Below are positions 12,465-24,157 of a stretch of 64,000 nt of DNA, one piece after another. The DNA comes from Octopus vulgaris. Lineage: Eukaryota. The stretch spans positions 121,582,001-121,646,000 of the forward strand of contig OX597817.1 in the NCBI GenBank assembly GCA_951406725.2. Direction: 5' to 3'. How positions within the stretch are numbered: position 1 is the stretch's first letter; the number at the start of each line of letters is the position of its first letter. The position numbers and the translations under genes were made by a program. The notes under the pieces are model-generated. The model was not told the origin of the DNA. It saw only the letters and a list, made by a program, of their open reading frames with translations, and searched no databases.

Positions 12465-12660
12465 TAATAGTGGTACAAAGCAACACATTTTTATAGCGGA
12501 GCATAATCGATTTTATCGATTGAATTCCTCTATAAAGGAGGAGTGATTTGACTGACATTTCTTTTATCGACCATGGATGGATAAAAGGATAAGCCGACTT
12601 AGGTTGCATTTCAAACTCTGTTCGTTAAAAGATGAAACTAAATACGGCTAGGGATTTTCC
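12465..12660 (-). mobile_element. SINE family B, diverged copy
   Basis: TTTTATCGACCATGGATGGATAAAAGGATAAGCCGACTTAGG...TTTCAAACTC matches the family core. Confidence 0.6.
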
Positions 12661-13110
12661 CTAGCAATCTACTTTGTCACACTAAAATCCTCTAGGTTTC
12701 TCGAAGTATACGAATATAAAATTCAGTAAAGGGATTCGTAAAGATGAAGAATTTACATTGTGTTGATATATAAATATATAATAAAGTTGTACATACTTAT
12801 ATTTTGCCTGCTGTGTGTTCCGAAACGCTATTGTCTATTGCCAACAACGAAAGTGGAGAAAATCTAATTTGTACTTGCAGCAGTCGAACATTTATCTTAA
12901 CGAGATGAATATCCGTAGCTTAAAATATTCATATAAAAACAACTTTTATGTATGTATGTATGTATGTATGTATGTATGTATGTATGTATGTATGTATGTA
13001 TGTATGTATGTATGTATGTATGCATGTATGTATGTATGGATATTTACGTAAGGTAGCACCTATATTTGTGAATGTATATATATGTATATTATATATTATA
13101 TATATAATCA

Positions 13111-13280
13111 TTTATTTGTTTCAGCCGTCTTTACCCGAACAAATCGACCCCAGGACTTATACTTTGTAAGCTCAGCACTTATCCTATCGGTCTCTTTTTG
13201 CCGAACCGCTAAGTTACGGGAACGTAGGCACACCAACATCAGTTGTCAGTCGATGGAGGGGGACAAAGAGAGACACACAA

Positions 13281-13327
<47 letters not shown>

Positions 13328-13486
13328 CGACGGGCTTCTTTCAGTTTCCGCCTACTAAATCCACTCACAAGGTTTTCATCGGCCTGAGGCTATAGTAGAA
13401 GACACTGGCCGAAGGTGCCATGCAGTGGGACTGAACCCGGAACCATGTGGATGGTAAAAAAACCTACTTACCATACAGCCACGCTT

Positions 13487-13490
<4 letters not shown>
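13111..13490 (-). mobile_element. SINE family A, near full length, with internal (CA)n(TA)n
   Basis: Minus-strand tRNA head (GTGGCTGTATGGTAAG; GGGTTCAGTCCC) and body shared with 945, 23561 and 46050. Confidence 0.88.
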
Positions 13491-13517
<27 letters not shown>

Positions 13518-13573
13518 CGTTTAAATATTTGTTGTGCAAGATTTTTTATGTGAAGTCGTGTGTTGAAACGGAA

Positions 13574-13760
13574 ATTGTTATATTTCGGGATGGTCATATT
13601 GCCAGTTTAGCCAATAAAAACACACGAAAGAACTCTGGCCGAAATAAGATTAAGATTAATGTAAAAAATAAATAACACTGAAGCAAAATAACACCAAATA
13701 TATAGTGCGTGTGTTTTTATTGGCTAAACTGGCAATATGACCATTCCGAAATATAACAAT
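13574..13760. repeat. Inverted repeat, 53-bp arms, 81-bp spacer
   Basis: 13574-13626 versus 13708-13760, one mismatch; the right arm runs directly into (TA)n. Confidence 0.95.
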
Positions 13761-13994
13761 ATATATATATATACATATATATGTATGTATGTATGTATGT
13801 ATACTTACATAGACTCAGCTAACAGCTATACACTTTTTAGTTCATTCAAACCCATAAAATATACACTAAACTTTGTAAATATAAAATATACACGACACGT
13901 AGGCACAGTAAGAAATCTATTAGAAATCGTGACAAGGCAGAGTTCTTTTAAATAGAGATCTAAAATAGACTTTCTATTTTAATTATACAGGAAA

Positions 13995-14340
13995 AGTGAT
14001 TCTATATTTTGAGTATTGAATACAAGCGTAAACTCGACAATTTTAGAACAAGACATATTAAGAGCTGGATAAGAGTAATACGCCGTCGACAATATGTGAA
14101 AATGTGGATGAAGTAAAGATTCCTCCCAAGAATTTTCAACAAATTCACTCATCTGGAAGAAAATACATTATAAAACTTTCATGAACTTTGGGATTCAAGA
14201 GACTTTGGGAAGATTAGTAACATTGCCTACGAAATTTGTATGTACTTTTATCATCTACTACTTACAATTCCTTCCGAAAGACATTGCAAATCGGATACAG
14301 AATTGTGAAGAATAACATTTATCGATGCATAACAAATGGC
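13995..14340 (+). pseudogene. Decayed CR1-like LINE ORF2 C-terminal fragment
   Basis: FEY*IQA* followed by frameshifted QDI...DK/RV..RR and a later LPKDI, resembling LEYCxQAWxP...DIxxLExVQRR...WNxLP. Confidence 0.4.
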
Positions 14341-14457
14341 ACCTTTAAATAATTAATCGATTTACAAAAGAAGTACAATGAATCATCACACTGAATCATT
14401 ATGTATGTATGTATGTATGTATGTATGTATGTATGTATGTATGTATGTACATGTATG

Positions 14458-14503
<46 letters not shown>

Positions 14504-14625
14504 GAGAGAGAAAGAGGAAGAGAGGGGGTATGAATACGCATATAAAGATACATATACATACATATGTACATGTATCTATCTATATACATACATACACACA
14601 TACACGCACACACACACACATATAT

Positions 14626-14879
14626 ATAAATTAACAGAATGCGATAAAAATCCAAGGCTGTCAAAATTTTCAGAACATTCATAAAGGGTTCTAACAGCTG
14701 TTTCCGGGATATTTTATATATCCCTTCATCAGAGACGGTGAGAAAAAATGTAATAGTTATTATAGAGAAGATATGAAATACAGAGTAAAGTGAAGGAATG
14801 AAAACAGACGTGATATATGTAAGGATATTTTATTTGCAGTTCCATTATTTTAGCAGGATGGTACACAGGCACAGACACA

Positions 14880-14912
<33 letters not shown>

Positions 14913-15040
14913 GTTTCCTGTACTGTGTGTGTGAGTTCCAATGGTGTTTATAATTGGTAATTCCAAATATTGTAAACGGTGTTATTCGATCGAGGGTTTT
15001 TTAAAGTGACTCAAAAGTTGGGAATGTGTTTGTAAGGTCA
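14626..15040 (-). mobile_element. Penelope-like element terminal fragment hosting a hammerhead motif
   Basis: Abuts a (CA)n(TA)n tract and contains the HHR at 14690-14735. The upstream limit is uncertain. Confidence 0.5.
14690..14735 (-). ncRNA. Minimal type I hammerhead ribozyme motif
   Basis: Minus strand reads UCU-CUGAUGA-a-GGGAUAU-auaaa-AUAUCCC-g-GAA-ACAGCUGU-U-AGA. It has intact CUGAUGA and GAAA boxes, a 7-bp stem II, a palindromic stem III, a GUU cleavage triplet and a 3-bp stem I. Confidence 0.75.
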
Positions 15041-15711
15041 AATCAAAGCAAGAAGAGAGAAACAAAGGAAGAGAAAAAAAGGAGAGAGACAATGAAGAAA
15101 TGAAGAAAGAGAAGGTGTGCTAGCTAGTGGTTAGGATAAAATGATAGAAGGGAGGGAGAGGTGAGGGTGAGATAGAGAGGCAGAGATGAGAGGGTAAAGA
15201 GTAAAGGAGTCTGATATATGTTGTGATAGAGCTTAAGGGAAGGGCAGAGCGAGAGGGGTAAGGGTAGTAAAATTGAGGTGGAATGAAGAATTAGGGATAT
15301 AAGTTAATTTAGTTAAAAGGACAGTTTAGTGGTGAGTAGTAGAAGAATATATATCTGTGAAGATGTATACACACGTACGTATCCATACATGTATATAGAC
15401 ATTTACATACATCAACACATACATACGCATACACAAATCTTGTGTTACATGCATTCACGTATATACACGCTCATTGTAATATTTTTGAATATATAAATAC
15501 TTGTATTCATAAATGCATGCATGAGGGCTCGCGCACGCGCATGAATGTTTGTAAATGTATACGTACAGACACGAACACACGTATACATACATACACACGT
15601 GCATATATACATACACATGCACATATATGCATATAAAATATATATATATACATATGCATACACACACATATGTACATATACCACGCATACCTGCATACAT
15701 ACATAAATACA

Positions 15712-15747
<36 letters not shown>

Positions 15748-15805
15748 TATATAAGAAATACTAAATTTCTAAATCTCTCGTAGAGACATGTACGGTGGTG
15801 GGGCG

Positions 15806-16020
15806 ATAGAATGGTTGTATACTGTCAATCTAACACGAACGTGACAGTAGGGGGTACACCACCGCTGTATAGCCCTAGGAAGCATCGACGCCTCCTGATG
15901 GCTTTGACACATTTTTCCCTGTGTACTTATAAGGCGTCGATGCTTCCTAGGGCTATACAGCGGTGGTGTACCCCCCTACTCTCACGTTCGTGTTAGATTG
16001 ACAGTATACAACCATTCTAT
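15806..16020. repeat. Near-perfect inverted repeat, about 88-bp arms, 38-bp spacer
   Basis: 15806-15893 versus 15932-16020, one substitution plus one indel; the right arm runs into (TA)n. Confidence 0.97.
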
Positions 16021-16377
16021 ATATATATATATATATATCTATATATATATATATATATATATCAATTAAATATAAGGATAAAATCTATATAAGATTTTAG
16101 CAAGTAGCCAGCGTGCAAAACCAATTATTTTAAAAAATTAATACTAAGTATACAAGTTTAAAAAATACATTATTATATTACTATAAGTAAAGCCATACGT
16201 TGTAACAACCTCTTCACTCATCTTGAAATCGTTTTGATATGAACCTTTTTGAAAGAATTTTTTTCTGTGTTCATTTCCTTGACTGCAGCGCGTTTGTATA
16301 TTTTGTTAAAGTAATTTGAATTTAGCGTCCCTTTCCAGCGTGTGACTTTACTTATAGTAACAGCTCTTAATGTAATA

Positions 16378-16434
<57 letters not shown>

Positions 16435-16459
16435 TAAAATAAAAATAAATATTTCCTTC

Positions 16460-16696
16460 TCGAGCAATGCCAGATTCATGAGAGACGGTTTCCTGGTTTC
16501 AATGGCTTATATATTCCCCACTTGGAAGGACGCCGGTCCGTCGTGGGATTACTCATTTTTGCCACCGGAGTGAACTAGAACAGCGTCAAATGAAGTGTTT
16601 TGCTTAAGAACACAATGCGTCACGCGGTCCAGGTTTCAAAACTGCAATCTTGCGATCTTGAGTCCAACATCCTAACCACTAAGCCAAAACGCTCCA
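16460..16696 (-). mobile_element. tRNA-derived SINE family C (Meta/V-like central domain)
   Basis: Minus head GGAGCGTTTTGGCTTAGTGGTTAGGATGTTGGACTC. The 3' part GACGGACCGGCGTCCTTCC...GGGGAATATATAAGCCATTGAAACCAGGAAACC is shared with 34200-34310. Confidence 0.75.
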
Positions 16697-17024
16697 AAGC
16701 GCGCGCGCACACACATTATTATTAGTAGTAAATAGGTAATAACAATAATAATACAAGTGGCCATCAAGCATTAAAGCTAGTAAAAGGGAAAATCCATAGG
16801 TTTTATAATTAGTAATTAAATTTGAATATCACCTGCGTTTAACTCCATTTATTTATTTATATATATTATACAAAATATTTCACGTAAACCCGGAGTTTCT
16901 ACCTTTAAAAACAAGGTGTTACGCCCTTTTTACTTGTGTGATTTTGTGCTACCCTGGTAACTATTTATCTATTTGTCCTGTGTTAATTGCAAAGAATGGA
17001 AAAATACACACATCTATCTATCTG

Positions 17025-17073
<49 letters not shown>

Positions 17074-17074
17074 T

Positions 17075-17762
17075 TCATATTCGTGTGGCTTCGTCCGTTT
17101 TTCTGTCCTTGTTTCCTTTACATTCGATCCTTTTTCCAAGAAATCTAATGCTCGCAGCTTAGTTTTTCATTGGGGCTGGCCGTGTCGGAGCAATATCAGG
17201 ATTAATCAGCCGAAATTTGCTATGATGATCCGGTTTCTGACTGAAGATTAAAGGCTTCGAATGACCCGTCCGTTTTTTGTGTTCGTCTCTTTGTCTATTT
17301 CACGTTCTTGTTTTTTTATATATAATTTTTATACCTATATTATTGCAGCGTTACGTACACCTCGTTCCCTTATGTATGCTTACATTCCACCCTTGTACGA
17401 CTTCTACAAACTTTCTCTATACCTCACTTTTTGTCTTTCTCTTTCTCGCCTCTGATTCTTTGGTCTCCCTCTTCCCCCACTCTCTCACGTTTCTCTGTCT
17501 TTCTTTGTCTTTCTCGCTGTGCGCCATTGCTTCTGTTGCCAAGCCACTTTTGACGCGCTCTGTCTCTTCCCCCCTCTTCCTTCCATCCTCTTTAATTCCT
17601 TCTTTCTCTCTCTCTCCCTACTCTCACGTGACCTGGTCAATCCTTGGCGCGCTCTGTTTCTTCCACCCTCTTTAATTCCTTCTCTCTCTTTCCGTTTTTT
17701 GTGTTCGTCTCTTTGTGTATTTCACGTTCTTGTTTTTTTATATATAATTTTTATACCTATAT
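17075..17762 (+). mobile_element. Penelope-like terminal fragments in tandem (72-bp terminus duplicated)
   Basis: 17269-17340 is almost identical to 17691-17762. TTCCAAGAAATCTAATGCTC is shared with the minus strand at about 50327-50350. Degenerate CTGAAGA...CGAAT motif at 17241-17262. Confidence 0.5.
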
Positions 17763-17774
17763 ATATATATATAC

Positions 17775-17844
<70 letters not shown>

Positions 17845-17869
17845 CTGTAACTACACGCATATGTACATG

Positions 17870-18083
17870 TATTGGTTTCAAACTTTGTCACGAGGACACC
17901 GAGTTAAGGAAGGGGAGTAAGTCGACTGCATCTATCCCAGTACTGAACTGGTACCGATTTTACCGACCCGAAAGGCTGAATATATGAGTCGACCTCGGCG
18001 GTATTTGAATTTGAATGTAATGATGGACGAACTGCTACTAAACATTTTGCCCAAGGAGCTAACCATCCTGCTAGCTCGTCGCT
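17870..18083 (-). mobile_element. SINE family B copy
   Basis: TTTTACCGACCCGAAAGGCTGAA...GTCGACCTCGGCGGTATTTGAA...GCTAGCTCGTCGC. Confidence 0.8.
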
Positions 18084-18248
18084 TTACATATGTAGATGTA
18101 TTAATATATATCCCTTATAGGTATAAAATATATGGTCGCAGACCCGATTGTTCGTTTGCAGCCATCATTCTCAATTACCTTTACTTGTTGTCCTAATCTG
18201 TCTAACATCTTGTGAGTGGATTTCTAAGATGGAAAATAAAATCACGTG

Positions 18249-18284
<36 letters not shown>

Positions 18285-18638
18285 TTACACACGTATGATT
18301 GTATCTTTCTGTATTCGTGGGTCCCTGTCTCGATATCACACAATAGTTGTAAGCCAGCGTCACTGTCATACTAGCGATGAAATTATCTAATAATCTTCTG
18401 TGATAACACTTACTGCCTCCATACTTTTCTACTATTAACCAGCACTTGTCACTTCATTGACAAATGCTTGCGGTCAAGATATGTTCCGATTACTACATTT
18501 AATTTATGTATTTGCAGTAGACCTACCAAACATTGTTCAATATACTATCTTCCAACGTAAAGTAGAAAGCTTACACTACAGAAGAAAATTTAAATTAGGG
18601 ATATACGATGAGAATAAATTTGGTTACAAGCTTTATAT

Positions 18639-18969
18639 CAGTAGTTCACCACTAGGGTCCATATAAAACTTTTGATGGTCTACTCAAGAAAGTAATAAAT
18701 TAGGGGTTCACAGTAGTATTTTAAAGGCTCCTGAAAACATTTTGCTTTAGATGTTGATATACTGGTACGTATTGCAAGAAACAGCGAGGTTTCTTTCGTG
18801 AACGTTTTACATAGTTCAACCTACACAAGTTGATGTGTGAAAAACTAAATTGGAATTGTTAAAGAAATATCTATAGAACTAGTTTTTAAACATCGACTGA
18901 CAATGAAGTCCACCAGAATAAACTAGTAATCAAAGGGGACCATAAATTAAAAATGATTGAGAACCATTA
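18639..18969. mobile_element. Decayed hAT/Charlie-type MITE
   Basis: Ends CAGTAGTTCACC.. and ..AAAATGATTGAGAACCATTA resemble the CAGTGGTTCTCAAC TIR; internal GGGTCC/GGGGAC sub-terminal motifs. Confidence 0.4.
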
Positions 18970-19965
18970 AGAGTAGTGGTATATTACTCCTTTAACGTAC
19001 AATTACAGAGTGATCAGACTTTAGTAACAACGTTTTACAAAATAATTCCATTCACGTTCATAGTACATTGACGTTGAATGTTAAAAATTACTTAAACATG
19101 AAATTAACGTGTGCCTTGTGTGATCAGCCTGTGATTACATCTACATTCAGAAATGTACATTTTCCATCAACATTTTGGCAAAGATATAAATGGTCCTAGA
19201 GAATTGTTATATTTGGAAAACTTAATATTTCAAGACAAACTTGAACTAATAAATTGGTTTTAAATAAACTTTAACGAAGGAAAAATAAATGTAGTTATTT
19301 GACTATTTAATACGGGTGTTTGTAATTCTCACCAGTCCTTCTTAATCAGTTTCCTGTTTGTCTAAATTTGTAGCTTAAATAGTATTACAAAATCCTAAAA
19401 TCATGGAATAAAAGTACATATTAATAAAAGAAAATATTTGAAATTAATGATACCGAAGCTATTTGTTTTATAGGCGCATTGAATAGCATAACATATTATC
19501 TGCATTTGGACACGGTTTCATTAACATATTATTTAGAACAATCGTAGCCTGCACCACTTGGGATTCGTTACGACATTTAATATTGGAAATTAAAATGTCT
19601 TAAGAATTTTCTTGCATTATTTTCTCTATTAGTGTATAGGGAAATATAACATGGCCTTAGCAAATTATTGTTACTTTAATTTTTTTTTTTCGCTCAATTA
19701 ATTTGTTATTGCTTGACTTTTAATTTACCGTAACCGTTTTGCTTTAACTGCTAGCTAACACTTGAAACTAGAAAATGCTGTTATATTTCCTAAATTCCCT
19801 TGCTATATCTCCTTATCTGGTCTTAAAGTGAATTTATATCTTCGAATTTTTTAGGCTCTTGCTGTATGTTGTAACCTATGATTTAAAAGTCAAGTGTAGC
19901 TCTTAAATTTCATACAAATCATACGTACATTCATATATACACATACATACATAAGTATACATATT

Positions 19966-20028
<63 letters not shown>

Positions 20029-20078
20029 GCATATATATGTATATATATAATATATATATATGTATGTATGTATCTATC

Positions 20079-20139
<61 letters not shown>

Positions 20140-20249
20140 TGGTTCTACTGACTTTCAAATTATCAGCGTAGCTCATTTACCACGCCATATCAAATTTTGT
20201 TAGCTATTATGGAAATTTAGAATGAGCTACGTTCTTGCAATTTAAAAAA

Positions 20250-21612
20250 TTGCAATTAAGTTTATTACATCCGAACTCTCAGCTCATCAGTAAATTTTCT
20301 GCTACTTTGTTCACCCAGTGGTTCAAATATCTACAACAATATTTTTCCTTTATAATTTTAGATTCTATTCTGAGGTTTTCTCTTGGCACATAAATCCAAA
20401 ACACATCGTTATTTCGATTAAATTCCATGTGACTCACATTTTCTTTTATCCCTCCTTTTATAGAACGTAAGAAACAGCCGCATACAAAATACCATTATTT
20501 ATAGCTTTACAAGATTAAATTAGATTCGACCTCACTGGTCTTGTATTCTTAAGCACATCATATAACCACAGTATATTTCATGCTTGTTTAGAATTCCAAG
20601 TGCATTGCTATTTGTAGCTCCCATCCTCATAAAAACAGTAAAAAGTTGATTGTCTGGTGAAGCAAAAACAAAAAGTTCAAGGCATTTATGCATCTTGGTA
20701 TAATAATTATTCGGTTATTTGCATAGTTCTAGACATCAGATATCTTCAATATCAGACTGTCTTTTCTTTATCGATATAAAATAGATGAAATATTTCTTTT
20801 TGCATCAGCGTATTCAAGCATGAATCTAACTAGTTGTGATGTTTTCAGTACATAATACAAAACAGCAAACGGTGATGATAGATGTGCTAATGTTTTCAGT
20901 ATGTTCGTTTAGGTTTTGCTAAATATTTACATATGCCATTGGCTTTTTGTAAACACCATATCATATTTGAGTGTAGTATAATACAGAGGAGGTTAAGATA
21001 AATCATTTCTCTACGAGAGTTTTGCCTATCATTTCTGCTTAAAATATTAACTTTGTGTCCTAGAAGCCAGTGATGTTGGTAAATATCGATACAAAATAAT
21101 ATGATACATTCCATGAAGCATTTCAAATTCTACCATATAGTATTATAAGTCTTACATTCCTAAACATTTCTTCTATGAAAGAACATGGATACTACTCAGA
21201 GAGTAAAGTACCAAACTAGATGTATCATAATATTTAGTTTGTTTCCTCACGTATTATGAAATGGGTCTGTATTTGAACATTAAATAACGAAAACATGAAA
21301 CTCTCGGTGCTTCGATGGATGCACGATTTGCAACATTTCTGTCTTTAATTATTCGGCTTATGCCTACCTCATACTTCCTCTTCGTCCAGTAAATATCACA
21401 GACAAACAAGTTTAATGTATTTGTCTATTTAATTATGTATTTTATACCTTCTAAGATAGAATTCGGACGGGTAAGCGATGGCTTCCTTCTCTCCTAGGTT
21501 GGTAGAATAAGTAACAATTGAACTACTGGCCTTGTACCAAAATTTGAAATCAGTACTGTTGCTGCTGCTGCTGTTAATACTACTACTACTACTGCTTCTG
21601 ATACTACTGCTG

Positions 21613-21659
<47 letters not shown>

Positions 21660-21669
21660 GCTGCTGCTG

Positions 21670-21721
<52 letters not shown>

Positions 21722-21722
21722 C

Positions 21723-21779
<57 letters not shown>

Positions 21780-22600
21780 ACTCTCCTTCATTTGCTTGCG
21801 TCATTCCTCTTTCCTTGAAACGATTGCAACTGGAACCCACCACAAATACTAAATAACAATAGGGTTCATGGAACGTTCTTACTTCCAAACATCTGGATTT
21901 TATTGGATTTCGTGTTTCATTTAGGCTTATTGCAAGTTTATAGAGAATTTTGAAGTTCATTTTGTCGTAGGCGTTATTTTTGCTGCTACGCACATAGATA
22001 GAGTGTGTTTTCATTATGTGCAGTAGAATAGGGTCAATATATTTGTTGAAGTAAATAAGTGCTGACACGTTTGAATGCATGGATACTATGCATCTCACAA
22101 ACTCGGAAGCTATAATGAAATTAGGAGGTTTGGTCGCATTAATCCATTGGAAAAAGTTGATTATTGTTAATCGATATGATAAGAATACAGATACATCGAA
22201 TGCACATAGCTTTACATTCAAACAAGACACACAGTCCGTCTGTAATGATTCTCAATAAAGTGAAAATATCCAACAGAAATAAAGCATATTAAATCCGATT
22301 AAATAATTGACTCCTCAGAGGAATAGCATCTGCTATGCAGTGTTAATTCAGTTATATGATGTGTCGGTATTATTATTGATGATATGCTTAAGAACTATAA
22401 CTTGCTTCCTTGTGAAAGTTGCAAATTTATAAACAGTATATTGATGTAGATCTTTATATGTTTCTCTCGAGATCTTGTGTTGACAAGGCATTGTACATTC
22501 ATCAATGAACTCCCACATGAAGACTGAAAGACGAAAAAAATCCAATAAATATTGGCAAATGCAGACTAAGCATAGAATGCAGTTGTCGAGGTAGGGAAGG
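20250..22600 (-). pseudogene. Very old CR1/L2-like LINE ORF2 fossil interrupted by a triplet microsatellite
   Basis: Collinear minus-strand motifs: IYVRSSKNNAYDKMNFKILYKL (DFxKAFD..H..LLxKL, about 21930-22000), LQKANGI (about 20940), LVRFMLEYA (LVRPxLEYA, about 20808-20834) and VVDI*N (VVxxWN, about 20320-20340). Confidence 0.5.
21555..21782. repeat. Compound (CTA)n/(CTG)n microsatellite
   Basis: Direct inspection; source of the poly-S/poly-L/poly-V ORFs. Confidence 0.97.
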
Positions 22601-23093
22601 ATGAAGTTTTATGGTTCGCGGCTTTAAAATAATGTCAGTCTTGATTCTAAAATTCCTGGTGGATGTGTTAGTATCTCGTTATAAATCTACTATATCGTAC
22701 TATTTTTTGTTATTCTTAATGTATTTCAAATTAATTATTCATAAAAAAAGGTATTTAGCATTTTTCTAGATATTTCTGTTATCCTTGACTCTAACCGCTT
22801 TCTTTCTTTCTTTCTTTCTTTCTTTCAAAATAATAAAAAAGCAAAATTACAAGAGACGTTCAAAACCAATGTTATTAATTTGAATCTGAAGGAAGAATAG
22901 ATAAAGTCCTTTCACAAATAGTAGAGAAACGGGCAGGAGAAATTGAGAAGAGATAGTAAAGAAATGGGCAGGAGAAATTGTGAAGAGAAGAAAAGGAATA
23001 AAAAGAGTACCCGCTAAAAAGATTAACGCGGCAAAAAGATTAACGTAGATCAGGAACATTGGACTCCTATGTTTCTCAAGTCTGGAGTCATAT

Positions 23094-23560
23094 TGTTACG
23101 ATTGTTAACAATAAAATCACGTGATCTGGCAGCTGTAGATCAGTCCTTTGATGCACCTCTAATCAACTTGAGATGTTCTAACAAAGCCTCTATTTTAAGT
23201 TAGAGATAAAGATTACCTTCTGTTATTCACAGTACTTCTGTCGCTGGTAATTATTTTTTAATCAGCACACTAGATTTTTGCGACATCAGTGTCTGAAGAG
23301 GCTCTGATATTCTATGCATCGCTGACGAGAGATTCAGCTCTTATAACGGTAGCGGATGACTGCCACTGAAGTGCACAAGTTGGAGTAAAATCACGTGATC
23401 TGGCTGTTTTCACTGCCGTAGTAGACGGTTCTCGTGTGTTAGCTATATAAATAAGAGTTTTTTTATGCACCACGGGTCCTTATGAAGAACCCCTCAAGGT
23501 AACGTTATCTTCTGTGTTCTAACACAACCTTATTGTTAAGTTGGAAATAAAGACAAAGAT
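23094..23560 (+). mobile_element. LTR-like direct repeats (solo LTR pair or TRIM-like relic)
   Basis: Starts TGTTACG. TAAAATCACGTGATCTGGC occurs at about 23112 and 23386, and TGTTCTAACA...TTAAGTT.GA.ATAAAGA at about 23174 and 23515. TATATAAATA precedes AATAAA in the second unit. Confidence 0.4.
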
Positions 23561-23830
23561 TGGGCAAGTGCCTTCTCGTATTGTCTCGGGCCGACCAAAG
23601 CCTTGTGAGTGGTAGACGGAAAGTGAAAGTGTTTGTGCGTCTGTGTTTGTCCCCCCAACATCGCTTAACAAACGATGCTGGTGTTGTTACATCTCCGTAA
23701 CTTAGCGGTTTGGCAAAAGAGATCGATAGAATAAGTACTAGGCTTACAAAGAATAGGTCCTGGGGTAAATTTTCTCAGCTAAAGGCGGTGCTCCAGCATG
23801 GCCATAGTCAAATGACTGAAACAAGTAAAA
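23561..23830 (+). mobile_element. SINE family A, 5'-truncated
   Basis: TTGGGCAAGTG...GGGCCGACCAAAGCCTTGTGAGTGG...GTAACTTAGCGG...ATGACTGAAACAAGTAAAA. Confidence 0.88.
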
Positions 23831-23848
23831 TATACATACATACATACA

Positions 23849-23895
<47 letters not shown>

Positions 23896-23989
23896 TCTAC
23901 TCAACATTAGCTTTATCAGATAATATTTGCGGTATGTAGCATGTATTTATATGTATTACAATTATGTTACGGTATAAACATACGTACAT

Positions 23990-24157
23990 ATATTTTTTTC
24001 TCTCCCTTTTTTCGTTCTCTCTTCATTTGTTTTCCTCTTAACATTTTCTGTCGAAACGTGAAGAACTGTTCCATTCTTCCCGAGCGTCAAACTAATACAC
24101 CTGCTTGTTGTTCCCTCACCTCCTTTCGTCTTTTGTTTTCTATAAATTTGAACTATA
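23990..24157 (+). mobile_element. Short Penelope-like terminal fragment (same family as 11640-11820)
   Basis: TTTTCTGT-CGAAACGTGAAGA (stem II region deleted), then CCCGAGCGTCAAACTAATACACCTGCTTGTT...AAATTTGAACTATATA. Confidence 0.55.

Noticed and set aside
20265-20295. CUGAUGA on the minus strand (also single boxes near 4795, 33062 and 37170)
   Set aside because: No properly placed stem II plus GAAA plus UH; 7-mers are expected by chance.
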